Origin: a virus
Taxonomy: Duplodnaviria; Caudoviricetes
Virus record (IMG/VR): IMGVR_UViG_3300025121_000014
Span: 128,001-192,000 of that record
Strand: one strand, 5' to 3'
DNA length: 64,000 bases
Shown: positions 46,301-56,939 of the stretch, one piece after another
Numbering within the stretch: position 1 is the stretch's first letter
Layout of the letters: every line of letters begins with the position of its first letter
Program-made: the position numbers and the translations under genes
Notes under the pieces: model-generated
What the model saw: the letters and a program-made list of their open reading frames with translations, nothing else
Told to the model about the DNA's origin: nothing
Databases searched by the model: none

Positions 46301-47161
46301 TCATAAGTTAAATTTATCACCAATCATCATTTTAAGATTATCTTCATACCACATTTCATGATTTGTTTTTTCAAATTTATGGTTAGCTATTTTTTCTGGT
46401 ATTTCGTTTGGATTATTAAAATAAATACAATCTTCAAATTGCAATTCTTCATAATATCTTTCCATTCCTGGTTTTATTTGTTGAATTGGTATCGAACCTA
46501 CAAATAAAATTTCCCAAAATCTAGGAGGAATAGATATTGCTGTACTAATAGGGGCAACTACATATTTGTACTGGCTTATTAAATTAATATAATCTTCTGT
46601 ACTTCTTTTATTATCATCTCTTTTAAAAACATCTACTTCAATAACTTTACTAACTTTTTCTAAAATATCTTTCCTTTCCTTATGCCATGAAGCTTCATAT
46701 TGTCCAACAAAAACCGCTTTATTTATTTTTGTTTCTGATATATTAAATTTATTTTTAAAATTTTTAGAAATTAAACATTTATTTAAATATTTATGATTAT
46801 ATCTTGCTGCATCTTCAATATCAATAAAAAACTGTGTAACATTTTTCATATTATCAATAGTTCTTTGATAATCTTCATTCCAAGGAAATGCAGAATTCCA
46901 AACTTTTTCGACATTTAAAATAACTACTTGAATATCACTATTATCTAATCTTTTAATAAAATCTGAATAATTCCATTGTTCATTATTAGGAATAAAATGT
47001 TCATCTAATATAAATAATATATCAACTTTATCTAATGTAGATATATTTTTGTCATATATAAATACATTATCATTTGGAAACAAATTTATAATTGCATAAT
47101 ACCAATTTTGTATTATCATACAATAGGTATAATTACTACTTATTATGCATATATTTCTCAT
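46301..47161 (-). CDS. Putative GT-B glycosyltransferase (CgeB/exostosin-like C-terminus)
   Basis: AVFVG...ERKDIL...YKYVVAP...RFWEILFVGSIPI; paralog of 49419..50264. Confidence 0.55.
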   Translation of the reverse strand: MRNICIISSNYTYCMIIQNWYYAIINLFPNDNVFIYDKNISTLDKVDILFILDEHFIPNNEQWNYSDFIKRLDNSDIQVVILNVEKVWNSAFPWNEDYQRTIDNMKNVTQFFIDIEDAARYNHKYLNKCLISKNFKNKFNISETKINKAVFVGQYEASWHKERKDILEKVSKVIEVDVFKRDDNKRSTEDYINLISQYKYVVAPISTAISIPPRFWEILFVGSIPIQQIKPGMERYYEELQFEDCIYFNNPNEIPEKIANHKFEKTNHEMWYEDNLKMMIGDKFNL

Positions 47162-47164
47162 ATT

Positions 47165-48334
47165 TTAATTTATTTTTTTATTTACAATATCACATATAAA
47201 TAATATTTCATCTTTTGTTATTTGATGATTATTAGGTAAATACAATCCATATTTATCTACGTTATCAGCAAAATCAAATGATTGTTTTCCGTACATATCT
47301 ATCCAAAATGGTTGATTTCCTATATTGCCACATATTAAAGGTCTATTATCAATATTATTATTATTTAATTCTTTTACAATATCATCAATTTTAGGTGATA
47401 TAATTGGATAAGCAAAATTAGAAATATAATTATAATCATAATCAGTTATTTTCCAATAATCATTTTTTATATTTTTTTGATATAATTTATAATTTTTATT
47501 TCTAATTTTATTATGTTTATCTATTTTATTTAATTGATTAATTCCTATGAAAGCCTGTAAATCTGTTGACCTAAGATTAAAACCAGGTACAAAAAAAGAA
47601 TACAACGATTTAAAATCAGTAATATTATAATTGTTTTTTAATTTAGTTTGTTCATTTTCTTCTAAATCTCTAGACCAACCATGACTTCTTATAGATAATA
47701 GAATATTATATAATTCTTCATTATTTGTAGATACCATACCACCTTCTATAGTTGACATATGATGTCCAAAATAAAAAGAAAAAGAACTCATTAAACCAAA
47801 TGTTCCTGTTTTATTTCCTTTATATTCTGTTCCAATACTTTCACAAGAATCTTCTAATAATTGTACATCATATTTATTACAAATTTCTAATATTTCATCC
47901 ATTTTATTAGGAAAGGCTAATGCATGAACAATTATTAACGATGATGGATTTTCTGTTTTACATAAATATTCTAAATGTTCTAAATCTATACCTAGTGTAT
48001 CTTTATCACATTCACATAAGATCGGGGTTAATCCTAAATGTATAGTCGGGGAAACCGTTGTTACCCAAGATACACTAGGAACTACGATTTTATTATTTTT
48101 TAATCGTTTTGATAAAATCAAAGAATATACCATTGCTAAATTAGCTGATGATCCCGAATTTAAATATACAGAATATTTAACTCCTAACCATTTTGACCAT
48201 TTTTTTTCAAATTCTATTGTTAAACTTCCTTTCGTCAATTTAGGATTTGTTTTTAACCACTTTCTTAATAATTTTATATCTTTCTTATCTATTGTATCTT
48301 TAACTAGCGGAATATTTAAATTTTTTAATGTCAT
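47165..48334 (-). CDS. DegT/DnrJ-family PLP enzyme, ColD-like GDP-4-keto-6-deoxymannose 3-dehydratase
   Basis: NSGSSANL, EDSCES; SFYFGHHMSTIEGG has His at the usual PLP-lysine position. Confidence 0.8.
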   Translation of the reverse strand: MTLKNLNIPLVKDTIDKKDIKLLRKWLKTNPKLTKGSLTIEFEKKWSKWLGVKYSVYLNSGSSANLAMVYSLILSKRLKNNKIVVPSVSWVTTVSPTIHLGLTPILCECDKDTLGIDLEHLEYLCKTENPSSLIIVHALAFPNKMDEILEICNKYDVQLLEDSCESIGTEYKGNKTGTFGLMSSFSFYFGHHMSTIEGGMVSTNNEELYNILLSIRSHGWSRDLEENEQTKLKNNYNITDFKSLYSFFVPGFNLRSTDLQAFIGINQLNKIDKHNKIRNKNYKLYQKNIKNDYWKITDYDYNYISNFAYPIISPKIDDIVKELNNNNIDNRPLICGNIGNQPFWIDMYGKQSFDFADNVDKYGLYLPNNHQITKDEILFICDIVNKKIN

Positions 48335-49085
48335 CTATTGTATCATCCATTATTTTTTGATATTTATATTTAGTACTATTTAAATAAAATATTTTTCTTT
48401 TTAATAATAAATTATGATCAAAATTTTCTGTAACTAATTCATTATAATTTAAATCGAATTTATTATATAATTCTCTAATAAAATCATTAATATATATTAA
48501 TCTACCTGAGCCTACAATTTCATCATCTAATGCTATTATTGATTTTTCTATAATATATTTTGGATGAATTATATCTCTATAAAAATACGTATTGCCTATT
48601 TCTATTGAACTTTCATTAATTATAGAATCAAAAATTTTACTAAATAAAAATCCTTTTTTTCTATATGGACTATTGAAATTAAACGGATAAATTATAATGA
48701 CATTATTATAATTTTCTTTTATATAATTACTAATCATTTCTTTTGATTTTATATAAGGTGAATAATTATAACTATAATTTAGACTTAAATCAATAGGACC
48801 TTCACAATTATTCCATAATTCACACGTAGAATAATAAACTATCTTATTACATCTATCTTTAAAAAAATCAATCACTTTAATAGTATAATAAAAATTTATA
48901 TTAATAAATAATTGATCGTCATTTTCTATAAATGTTCTTTGCTCTGCAAAAGTGATATATACTCTGTCAAATTTATCATTTTTATATTTATCAAAATCTA
49001 TATTACGTGATGATATTTTTATATAATCATCTGGAAAATAATATGATAATTGTGATGTATTACCTATTACTAAGTTATTCTTCAT
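48300..49085 (-). CDS. Divergent NAD-dependent epimerase/SDR-like protein
   Basis: GNTSQLS, STCELW, YIKSK, FNFNSP, RDIIHP. Confidence 0.6.
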   Translation of the reverse strand: MKNNLVIGNTSQLSYYFPDDYIKISSRNIDFDKYKNDKFDRVYITFAEQRTFIENDDQLFININFYYTIKVIDFFKDRCNKIVYYSTCELWNNCEGPIDLSLNYSYNYSPYIKSKEMISNYIKENYNNVIIIYPFNFNSPYRKKGFLFSKIFDSIINESSIEIGNTYFYRDIIHPKYIIEKSIIALDDEIVGSGRLIYINDFIRELYNKFDLNYNELVTENFDHNLLLKRKIFYLNSTKYKYQKIMDDTIDDIKKFKYSAS

Positions 49086-49422
49086 GTCCTTTATATAATT
49101 TTACTGAATCTTCAATTAAAGATTTATTTTGTTTTATTGATTTATCAATCATTCTATTTATAGCTTCTACATATTTAGGTCTTTTTTGTTTAAAACAAAT
49201 ATCTATTTTCTTTTTATATTTAGCTATATCTTCATCATTTGTTGATTCACCTATAACATCTTCTAGATACCACATTCTACAATGAAGTATAGATAATTTT
49301 TCTATTACTTCTCCTATATTATCAGTTTCTATTAAATCGTTTGGTAAATCAACTTCTTTACTATTATTCAATGTTTCATGAACTATATTTTTTATTACTT
49401 CTTCTATTTTTTCTCCTATCAT
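49075..49422 (-). CDS. Small helical protein (DUF4254-like)
   Basis: IGEVIEKLSILHCRMWYLED. Confidence 0.55.
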   Translation of the reverse strand: MIGEKIEEVIKNIVHETLNNSKEVDLPNDLIETDNIGEVIEKLSILHCRMWYLEDVIGESTNDEDIAKYKKKIDICFKQKRPKYVEAINRMIDKSIKQNKSLIEDSVKLYKGHEE

Positions 49423-50264
49423 AACAAATTATCATTTTTTAATAATTTACCTATTGTATCTTCTAGCCATATCATATTATAACTATTATTTAATTTGCAA
49501 TTATTTATTTTGTTTTTTAATTCAGATATATTTTCAAAAAATATACAATCATCAAATTGTGATTCTATATCATAATATTTTAATGTATTATTTTTTACTT
49601 CTTGTATAGGTATTGATTTAGCTAATAATATTTCATAAAATCTCATTGGAAAAAAATGTGCATTACCAAAAGGTGAAATAACAAATTTATATTTTGCTAA
49701 TTTATGAATATATTCTATCCAAGTCATATTATTACTTTCAATTATATCTATTGGTATAATATTACTTATATGATTTAAAAGATTACGTCTTTTTTCATAA
49801 CCTACACTACCTATAAATATTGCTTTATTTAATTTATCTTGTTCTTGAATTTGCCCCAAAAAACTTTGAACATACTTTGATGGTGGCATTCTATTAAATC
49901 TTTTATTTAATTTTATGACATCATCTACATCAGACACATATTGATAAACATTATTAAATTTATTTACATATTCTTGATTTTCAACATTCCAAAAATAATC
50001 TGAATCCATAATACGTTCATTATTAAATATAATAACAATTATGTTGTTATTATTACATTCATTTATAAATTCTATATTCTTCCATATTTCTTTATTTTGT
50101 ATATGGTGTTCATCTCCTATACACAATATTTCTATATCATTTAAATCATTTATATTTTTAACTATTGTTAAATTTTTATAATGATACAGTATCGAATGAT
50201 AATAACTTTGAAATAATGGATGTTTTTGGAAATTTAAATCACATATTATACCTACATTTTTCAT
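49419..50264 (-). CDS. Putative GT-B glycosyltransferase, paralog of 46301..47161
   Basis: AIFIGS...EKRRNLL...YKFVISPFG...RFYEILLAKSIPI. Confidence 0.55.
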   Translation of the reverse strand: MKNVGIICDLNFQKHPLFQSYYHSILYHYKNLTIVKNINDLNDIEILCIGDEHHIQNKEIWKNIEFINECNNNNIIVIIFNNERIMDSDYFWNVENQEYVNKFNNVYQYVSDVDDVIKLNKRFNRMPPSKYVQSFLGQIQEQDKLNKAIFIGSVGYEKRRNLLNHISNIIPIDIIESNNMTWIEYIHKLAKYKFVISPFGNAHFFPMRFYEILLAKSIPIQEVKNNTLKYYDIESQFDDCIFFENISELKNKINNCKLNNSYNMIWLEDTIGKLLKNDNLL

Positions 50265-50272
50265 TTAATTTA

Positions 50273-50953
50273 TTATTTTTTAGCTAATATCCAAGTTATT
50301 ATTGGACAATCTATTTCATTAAATCCTGGTCTACTACTATAATTATAATCTGACCAACCACTTGTAAATAAAGTATTTAAATATTGTCTATTTCCCCATT
50401 GACCAATTTCTAATATTTCAAAACCAGCTAATTTTGTCATAACTCCTAATCCTGATGGTGTTATACCAGTATAATAATGTTCGGGTGTACTATGTGGAAT
50501 ATTATTAGCTGGAACATTAGCATAAAAAATACCACCATCACATAAATGGTTATAAATATTTTTTAAACATAATATGGGATTATATAAATGTTCTATTGTT
50601 TGATTTATCATCAAAAAATCAAAATCTTTTTTATCTAAATTTAAAGTATGTAAATCATTATTAATAATATCTTCCGAATAATTATAATTAGTTATATTTT
50701 CGTAATTCATATACTCATATTCTGGATCAGAAGAACCATTAAATGATAAAACATTTTTGAAAAAAAATCCATATTTTATCATATATCGTTCAAATTCTAA
50801 AAGTGATATAACTCTTGGAAAATCTTTACCTTCCCATTTCCATTTTTTAGTTGGTTTTTGTGGTGGTAAAGGAACATATCTATTTTTATATTCTTCTGTC
50901 TCATTTATTTTGATATATTTATTATAAATATCATAAATTTCATTTTGATTCAT
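50273..50953 (-). CDS. Class I SAM-dependent methyltransferase
   Basis: FDFLMINQTIEHLYNP...LCDGG. Confidence 0.7.
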   Translation of the reverse strand: MNQNEIYDIYNKYIKINETEEYKNRYVPLPPQKPTKKWKWEGKDFPRVISLLEFERYMIKYGFFFKNVLSFNGSSDPEYEYMNYENITNYNYSEDIINNDLHTLNLDKKDFDFLMINQTIEHLYNPILCLKNIYNHLCDGGIFYANVPANNIPHSTPEHYYTGITPSGLGVMTKLAGFEILEIGQWGNRQYLNTLFTSGWSDYNYSSRPGFNEIDCPIITWILAKK

Positions 50954-50969
50954 AATTTATTGTTATTTT

Positions 50970-51743
50970 TTAACTATCACCCCATTCTACTTCCCAATAG
51001 TGTATAGCATATGAACAATTTTTAATATATTTTGATATATCTTTTTCTTTTCTAGAATCTGGTGGTAATGGATAAAAATAATCCACAGGAAAACATACAA
51101 CACCATTTGTTTTATCATTTACATTTTCAAAAAATTTTTTAGTATAAAAATATGTACCAGTAGTATCAAAAACATCTTTCCAATAACTATATGCAACTCT
51201 ATTCATTTTGTGTATACAATCATGTAATATTGGATGATTTGGAACACTTGCTATTATACCAATATTTAACTCTATCCATTTACTATTATACCCTATACCT
51301 GTAAAAAAATCTAAATATATTAAATCATCAAATGATTTTAAACATTCAAAATCAGTATCTATATATAATCCACCATATTTATATAGTAATTCATATCTTA
51401 ATATATCAGATTTTTGTCCAAAATGATTTGTTTGTTCATATAAGTTTCTATTAATCATATCTAATTTATCTACATCATCATTTGTCCATAATTTATATTC
51501 CCAACCTGGATTATATTTTAACCAGGATTCTTTTAATCTATTATGATATTTAGGTACAGGTTTAGTACCTACCCAAATTTGGTGTATTATTTTAGGTATT
51601 TTATCTACCTTATCTTTATTAATAATATTATAATAATTATTATCATATAATGTTTCTAATATTTTCCAATTAGGATATCTATTAAAATAATTTGTCCAAT
51701 TATCTGAATTAGATTTTTCTAATAATTCTTTGAAATCACTCAT
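50970..51743 (-). CDS. GT32-family (DXD) glycosyltransferase
   Basis: IPKIIHQIW, SDILRYELLYKYGGLYIDTD, YAIHYW. Confidence 0.9.
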   Translation of the reverse strand: MSDFKELLEKSNSDNWTNYFNRYPNWKILETLYDNNYYNIINKDKVDKIPKIIHQIWVGTKPVPKYHNRLKESWLKYNPGWEYKLWTNDDVDKLDMINRNLYEQTNHFGQKSDILRYELLYKYGGLYIDTDFECLKSFDDLIYLDFFTGIGYNSKWIELNIGIIASVPNHPILHDCIHKMNRVAYSYWKDVFDTTGTYFYTKKFFENVNDKTNGVVCFPVDYFYPLPPDSRKEKDISKYIKNCSYAIHYWEVEWGDS

Positions 51744-52549
51744 CTAATTTTTAACTTTTTTTCCCAATAATTAAATAACAATTTATCCATATTCCAGTTA
51801 TTATTATTATTAATTCTTATGTATTCTTTTTCAAGAAAATCTTGTGTAATATCTTCCCATTCATTAACAAAACAAATTGGTAAATCTGTATAAAATTGAT
51901 TATTTATGTTAATTTTTTCAATAGGTATTGTATTAAGATATAAACATTCCCATGTTCTATGTGTATCTATTCCATTTCCTTCTGGACATATTACAAATTT
52001 ATGATTGTAAATATTATCTAAATAATTTTCAAAATTAGTACCATTTGCACCATATTCTAAATTAACCCAACTTAAATTTTTAAAAATTTCATATGGTTTT
52101 AATCTTTCTTTCCTATTGGTATCAATATGGTGATTAATATATAATAAATTTTTATGATTTTTATTTTCATTTAATTTATTAATCATTTTACTTTTTTTAT
52201 CTATATCCTTAAACCATCTATTATTTTCTAAACCGATAGGAATAGATTCTATTCTATCACTTTTAAATTTTACATTTTGTGAATACCATTTAATAACATT
52301 TTTATGTGGTTCGTCACATATATTATAATCACTATTATGTGATATTAATATTATTTTTTTATTTGTATTATTTAATTCATTAAATAAATATTCTACATGA
52401 TGTGTATGAGCATATATTAAATCATTATCTTGTAATTTATCTATATTAAAAGTATTTGTATATATATTAAATTCTGTACCTTTACGATTGTAAAAATATA
52501 TGTAATCTGCTAACTGTACAAATTTTTCACCTTGTATAAAATCTATCAT
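51740..52549 (-). CDS. Exostosin-like (GT47-type) glycosyltransferase
   Basis: HKFVICPEGNGIDTHRTWECLYLNTIPI. Confidence 0.75.
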   Translation of the reverse strand: MIDFIQGEKFVQLADYIYFYNRKGTEFNIYTNTFNIDKLQDNDLIYAHTHHVEYLFNELNNTNKKIILISHNSDYNICDEPHKNVIKWYSQNVKFKSDRIESIPIGLENNRWFKDIDKKSKMINKLNENKNHKNLLYINHHIDTNRKERLKPYEIFKNLSWVNLEYGANGTNFENYLDNIYNHKFVICPEGNGIDTHRTWECLYLNTIPIEKININNQFYTDLPICFVNEWEDITQDFLEKEYIRINNNNNWNMDKLLFNYWEKKLKIR

Positions 52550-52550
52550 A

Positions 52551-53264
52551 TTATTTTACTAAATTTCTTTTTAAATAACAACTATTAGGTAAACCGTGAT
52601 CATCATTAATTGGACATAATAATTCTTTTTTTGGTAGTAATAATGTATATTCAAAAAAATCACTATAATGTATTAATTCAAATTTATGAGGAGAATAAAC
52701 ATTTAGATTTCTACCCCAGTATTTATATGCATATTGCTTATTAAATATACAATTTGTCCCTAGATAATATCTTATCCATTTTTTATTAATTAATCTAAAA
52801 TTATTAGATGTCATTCTCATTATTTTACAATTATTATCTTCATAAATAGATGGTACAGTCGAATGATCACTTTTTTCTATTTCAAAAAATGATGTTTTTA
52901 TTATATCAACACCATATTGTTCACATTTATTTATTAAATATTTTATATAATTTATATCATTACATATAGATATATGATCTTCCTCAAAATGTTGAAAATA
53001 ATTCTTTTCTGATTTATTTATAAATTCAATATAAATTTCATTAAAAAAGTTTATTTCGTTTGTTAATTCAAAATCAAAATTATGTTCTGTTAATTTTGAT
53101 TTAATAATATCTATATATTCGGTATTTTCTACATTTAAATAAAATTTAGATATTTCTGATAAATATGAATAACTATCTATTGTCAATAATAAATATTTTA
53201 ACCTATCATCTATACTTTCATTTATTGTTGATTTTAATTTAATATTTCCTATTATATCTATCAT
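52551..53264 (-). CDS. Hypothetical protein, possible GT-A glycosyltransferase
   Basis: QHFEEDH acidic motif; operon context. Confidence 0.45.
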   Translation of the reverse strand: MIDIIGNIKLKSTINESIDDRLKYLLLTIDSYSYLSEISKFYLNVENTEYIDIIKSKLTEHNFDFELTNEINFFNEIYIEFINKSEKNYFQHFEEDHISICNDINYIKYLINKCEQYGVDIIKTSFFEIEKSDHSTVPSIYEDNNCKIMRMTSNNFRLINKKWIRYYLGTNCIFNKQYAYKYWGRNLNVYSPHKFELIHYSDFFEYTLLLPKKELLCPINDDHGLPNSCYLKRNLVK

Positions 53265-53650
53265 TATTTATTTTTTATTTTAATAAATTCGTCTATATCA
53301 AATATATAATCATTTGGATCATAATTTGTATTTGACATGACAAAAAGAATAGCATCATCAGTAATAAATTTTTGAGAATCCCATATTAAATTATCCACAT
53401 AAACATATTCGTTTTTATTTAATATTTGTTTTTCTTCATTTATCCCATCAAATAATATAACTTCGATTTGTCCACTTATACAACAAAGTATTTGTTTAGT
53501 TTTATAGTGTGCATGATTACCTCTTATTGTATTAATTGGTACATCTTTTACAAAAAAAACTCGTTTTATATAATATTGAAAATCAGTTAGTTCAAAAGGA
53601 ATTAAACTTCCTAATTTACCATCAAATGATTTAAATTTGTTCACATTCAT
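53264..53650 (-). CDS. dTDP-4-keto-6-deoxyglucose 3,4-ketoisomerase (FdtA/QdtA/WxcM cupin)
   Basis: RVFF...RGNHAHYKTKQ...ISG...W...Q. Confidence 0.85.
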   Translation of the reverse strand: MNVNKFKSFDGKLGSLIPFELTDFQYYIKRVFFVKDVPINTIRGNHAHYKTKQILCCISGQIEVILFDGINEEKQILNKNEYVYVDNLIWDSQKFITDDAILFVMSNTNYDPNDYIFDIDEFIKIKNK

Positions 53651-54677
53651 AATTACTATATTTTTTTAAAAATTCTTCTATTTTTCTTATATCTTCTTCT
53701 TTAAGAAAAGGATGAATAGGTATAGATATTATTTTATCATTAACTCTAAAATCAACTTTATTATATATTCCTTTTAAAGAATCCATTTCACTCACATGAT
53801 ATGGATAATGTATCATATATGGAATATTATTTTCTTTCATTTTTTCTATTATAAAATCCCTATTATTAAACATTATAACAAATTGATGATAAACAGAATA
53901 TGAATTTATTTTTATTCCTTTTACTATTTTTTTATATCTATTTGCTATTTTAATTCTTATATCATTAAATTTATAAAATTGATTAAATTTTATATTTAAA
54001 ATAGATGATTGTATTTCATCCATTCTACTATTAACACCTATAAATTCTATATTATTATTATATTGACCATAAAATCTTAACTTTTTAAAGTATTCATAAT
54101 CATCAATATTATTACAACATATCATCCCCCCATCTCCCATACTTGCTAATGGTTTTGTTGGATAAAAACTAAATACAGAATATTGACTATATATTCCTGA
54201 ACCTGATCCAGTAGATTGAGCACAATCCTCAATAATAATATGATTATTCTTAAGTGCATATTCATTTATAGCTTCCATATCACAATTATTACCAAATAAA
54301 TGAACTGGTATTATAATACCGTTTTTAATGTTTTCTGGTAATTTCTTTGGATTAATAGTCATACTATAATCAACATCAATATAATATAATTTGTCTGTTA
54401 TATTTTTACAAGCAACCGCTGTTGGATATGCACCAAAATTTGGTAATATTATTGTCATACCATTTTTATAAACTCTTTTTAAAACTAACATTATAGCATC
54501 AGTACAATTTTTAACAGATATAGCATATTTTTTACTAGTCAATTTAGTAAAATTTTCTTCTAATTTACTAGTTTCATTTCCAAATAAAAACCACCCTTTA
54601 TTTCCTATATTATTTAATGAATTTACTATATCATCTTTATAATATTCATATTCTTTACTTAAATCTAAAAATTTCAT
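53631..54677 (-). CDS. DegT/DnrJ sugar aminotransferase (FdtB/QdtB-like)
   Basis: VHLFG, EDCAQS, SFYPTKPLASMGDGG (PLP Lys present), NSRMDEIQ. Confidence 0.85.
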   Translation of the reverse strand: MKFLDLSKEYEYYKDDIVNSLNNIGNKGWFLFGNETSKLEENFTKLTSKKYAISVKNCTDAIMLVLKRVYKNGMTIILPNFGAYPTAVACKNITDKLYYIDVDYSMTINPKKLPENIKNGIIIPVHLFGNNCDMEAINEYALKNNHIIIEDCAQSTGSGSGIYSQYSVFSFYPTKPLASMGDGGMICCNNIDDYEYFKKLRFYGQYNNNIEFIGVNSRMDEIQSSILNIKFNQFYKFNDIRIKIANRYKKIVKGIKINSYSVYHQFVIMFNNRDFIIEKMKENNIPYMIHYPYHVSEMDSLKGIYNKVDFRVNDKIISIPIHPFLKEEDIRKIEEFLKKYSNYECEQI

Positions 54678-54687
54678 TTTCTTTTAA

Positions 54688-55422
54688 TTATTTTAATTCA
54701 ATATAACATAACCAAGTATATCCTTTACTTTCATTGAAAAATAAAGGATATTTATCTTTTTGGTCAATTTCCAATAATGGTGATACTGTCGGATATTTTT
54801 CATCCCATAAAGTATTCCATCTAGTTTTTTCATCTTTAAAAATAGGTGGCATTTCCTGATATATATCTATAATATTATTTAAATAATCAAAATTTTCTTG
54901 AATAGGTTCATATATCATTTTACCATAATAATATTTTTCATTTGATAATATTATTTTTGGTGAATAACATCCACAATTAGGATTTGGATAATTATCTTCT
55001 ATTATTATTTTTTTAAATCCTAAATTATAACAATGTTTAATTCTTTCTAATGAATCTTGATGGTCATCTAAAAAAATTAACGTATCATTTTTTGGCAAAT
55101 CTGACCAATTACTTTCCAAAAAATCTTCTGTTTGATAAATAACTTTTTCACTTTTATATTTTAAATTACTCATATCTGGATCTATAGATATTATCTTAGA
55201 ATAATGATGAGCTTGTTCAAAAAACCAAGTACCTAAACCATACCATACTCCACTTTCTATAATATATTTAGGTTTAAGTTTTTTTATAATATACCATACT
55301 GGAAATAAATGAGATGATGTCATTCCTCCATTATTATTTTTAATAGGTCTTTTTGAATATAATGTGTTAAATTCATCTATATAATTTAAAATATCTTTTC
55401 TATCCCATTTAATGTATTTCAT
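54688..55422 (-). CDS. Putative SAM-dependent methyltransferase
   Basis: IIESGVWYGLGT, LIFLDDHQ. Confidence 0.6.
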   Translation of the reverse strand: MKYIKWDRKDILNYIDEFNTLYSKRPIKNNNGGMTSSHLFPVWYIIKKLKPKYIIESGVWYGLGTWFFEQAHHYSKIISIDPDMSNLKYKSEKVIYQTEDFLESNWSDLPKNDTLIFLDDHQDSLERIKHCYNLGFKKIIIEDNYPNPNCGCYSPKIILSNEKYYYGKMIYEPIQENFDYLNNIIDIYQEMPPIFKDEKTRWNTLWDEKYPTVSPLLEIDQKDKYPLFFNESKGYTWLCYIELK

Positions 55423-55423
55423 A

Positions 55424-56044
55424 TTAATTTAATGTTTTTTTTAAAATTAAACTTCTCCATTTTATATCATTTAATCCTGCATCTACATTTTCTATTAAAT
55501 CAAATCCTGTTTTATCTAAAATTATTTTTAAATCATTTATATTTATTATAGAATGATAAGTCCAACCACCATAAGATGGATTTAATATAACAGATGTATT
55601 ATCAGTTGTAATATCTTGTCTATGTATAATAATATAATTATTAGCATAACTTAATATTTTTTCTAATATTATTAATGGGTATTGCATAATATCAATAAAT
55701 GCATTCATAATTATAATATCATAATTACTAATAAATGATAAATCTTCATCATTTATAACATCAGATATGACATAAGTTAAATCACTAAAACATACTTTAG
55801 ATACATACTTAATTATATGTTCCATATCAGAACCAGTATATTCACCTTTAATTATGGTATTTATTAATGCTCCTCCACACCCTAAATCTAATACCCTACT
55901 ATATTCTGTTTGTATTTTATCAAGTAAATTAATTAATACTTTACCATGTTGAACTTCATTTAATGGTAAATGTTTTTTAATAGAATTTATCATTTCATCA
56001 TAAACTTTTGGGATATACCAACAAGTTGTAGTATCTATTTCCAT
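55424..56044 (-). CDS. Class I SAM-dependent methyltransferase
   Basis: VLDLGCGG motif I. Confidence 0.75.
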   Translation of the reverse strand: MEIDTTTCWYIPKVYDEMINSIKKHLPLNEVQHGKVLINLLDKIQTEYSRVLDLGCGGALINTIIKGEYTGSDMEHIIKYVSKVCFSDLTYVISDVINDEDLSFISNYDIIIMNAFIDIMQYPLIILEKILSYANNYIIIHRQDITTDNTSVILNPSYGGWTYHSIININDLKIILDKTGFDLIENVDAGLNDIKWRSLILKKTLN

Positions 56045-56045
56045 T

Positions 56046-56939
56046 TTAAATATATTTTTTTAATTGGTTATCAAATTTTAATTTAAGATTATTCATATTT
56101 TCTAATATTATATTTGGGTGAATACCATTAAATTTCCTAGTAAATGTTGGTGTTCTTTTATGTGGTTTAAATTCATGAACTCCTGCATATTGCTGTTCTA
56201 TTTTTAATTTATCTTCGTTTGTTTTTGCTAAAACCCAAGGTAAATATATAGTATCAAAATAATTATCTATACAAATATCTTTACTAACCGCTCCTTTATA
56301 ATATTTTATTTTTTGATATACTTGATCTGGAAATACATATGAATAATGATACATTCTTATACCATAAGTATGTGCTAATGTATTAAAATCTAATAATTTT
56401 TCAGGAAATATATGTGCGCCAACTCTAGGATTATGTGCAATTATAGGTGGTCTATGTCTTTCCCAATACGACCCTGGATATATTTTTCTAATTCTTATAA
56501 ATGGTGCATTTTCTTCAAACCCACTTATAACATCATCAAATCCACCATAAAATGATAAACTTTTAAAAGCAACGGTTGTATATCTATGTGTTTCTAATAA
56601 TTCTAATATTTTTTGAATATCTTCTGGTTTAAATACTTCATCACTATCTAAATTCCATATATAATCATTATCATCTTTTAAATATTGCATATATGCTTGA
56701 CATTGTTCATCTTTCTCTTTGTATATAGAATGTACAATTGATATCTTATTTTCTGGATCAGGAAAATTATCAAGAATTTCATTTGTTCCATCATCTGATG
56801 TTGTCATACCTTGTTCTTGCCACCAAGTAACAGGTCCTTCTGCTATTAATATTTGATTAGCAAATGGATAAATATTTTTTAATGTTTCTTCTAAAACATA
56901 ATTTCCATTTAAAACTATTATACCAAATGCTATTTTCAT
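56046..56939 (-). CDS. GT-A (GT2-like) glycosyltransferase
   Basis: ILIAEG...SDDGT, IWNLDSDE, HYSYV. Confidence 0.7.
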   Translation of the reverse strand: MKIAFGIIVLNGNYVLEETLKNIYPFANQILIAEGPVTWWQEQGMTTSDDGTNEILDNFPDPENKISIVHSIYKEKDEQCQAYMQYLKDDNDYIWNLDSDEVFKPEDIQKILELLETHRYTTVAFKSLSFYGGFDDVISGFEENAPFIRIRKIYPGSYWERHRPPIIAHNPRVGAHIFPEKLLDFNTLAHTYGIRMYHYSYVFPDQVYQKIKYYKGAVSKDICIDNYFDTIYLPWVLAKTNEDKLKIEQQYAGVHEFKPHKRTPTFTRKFNGIHPNIILENMNNLKLKFDNQLKKYI

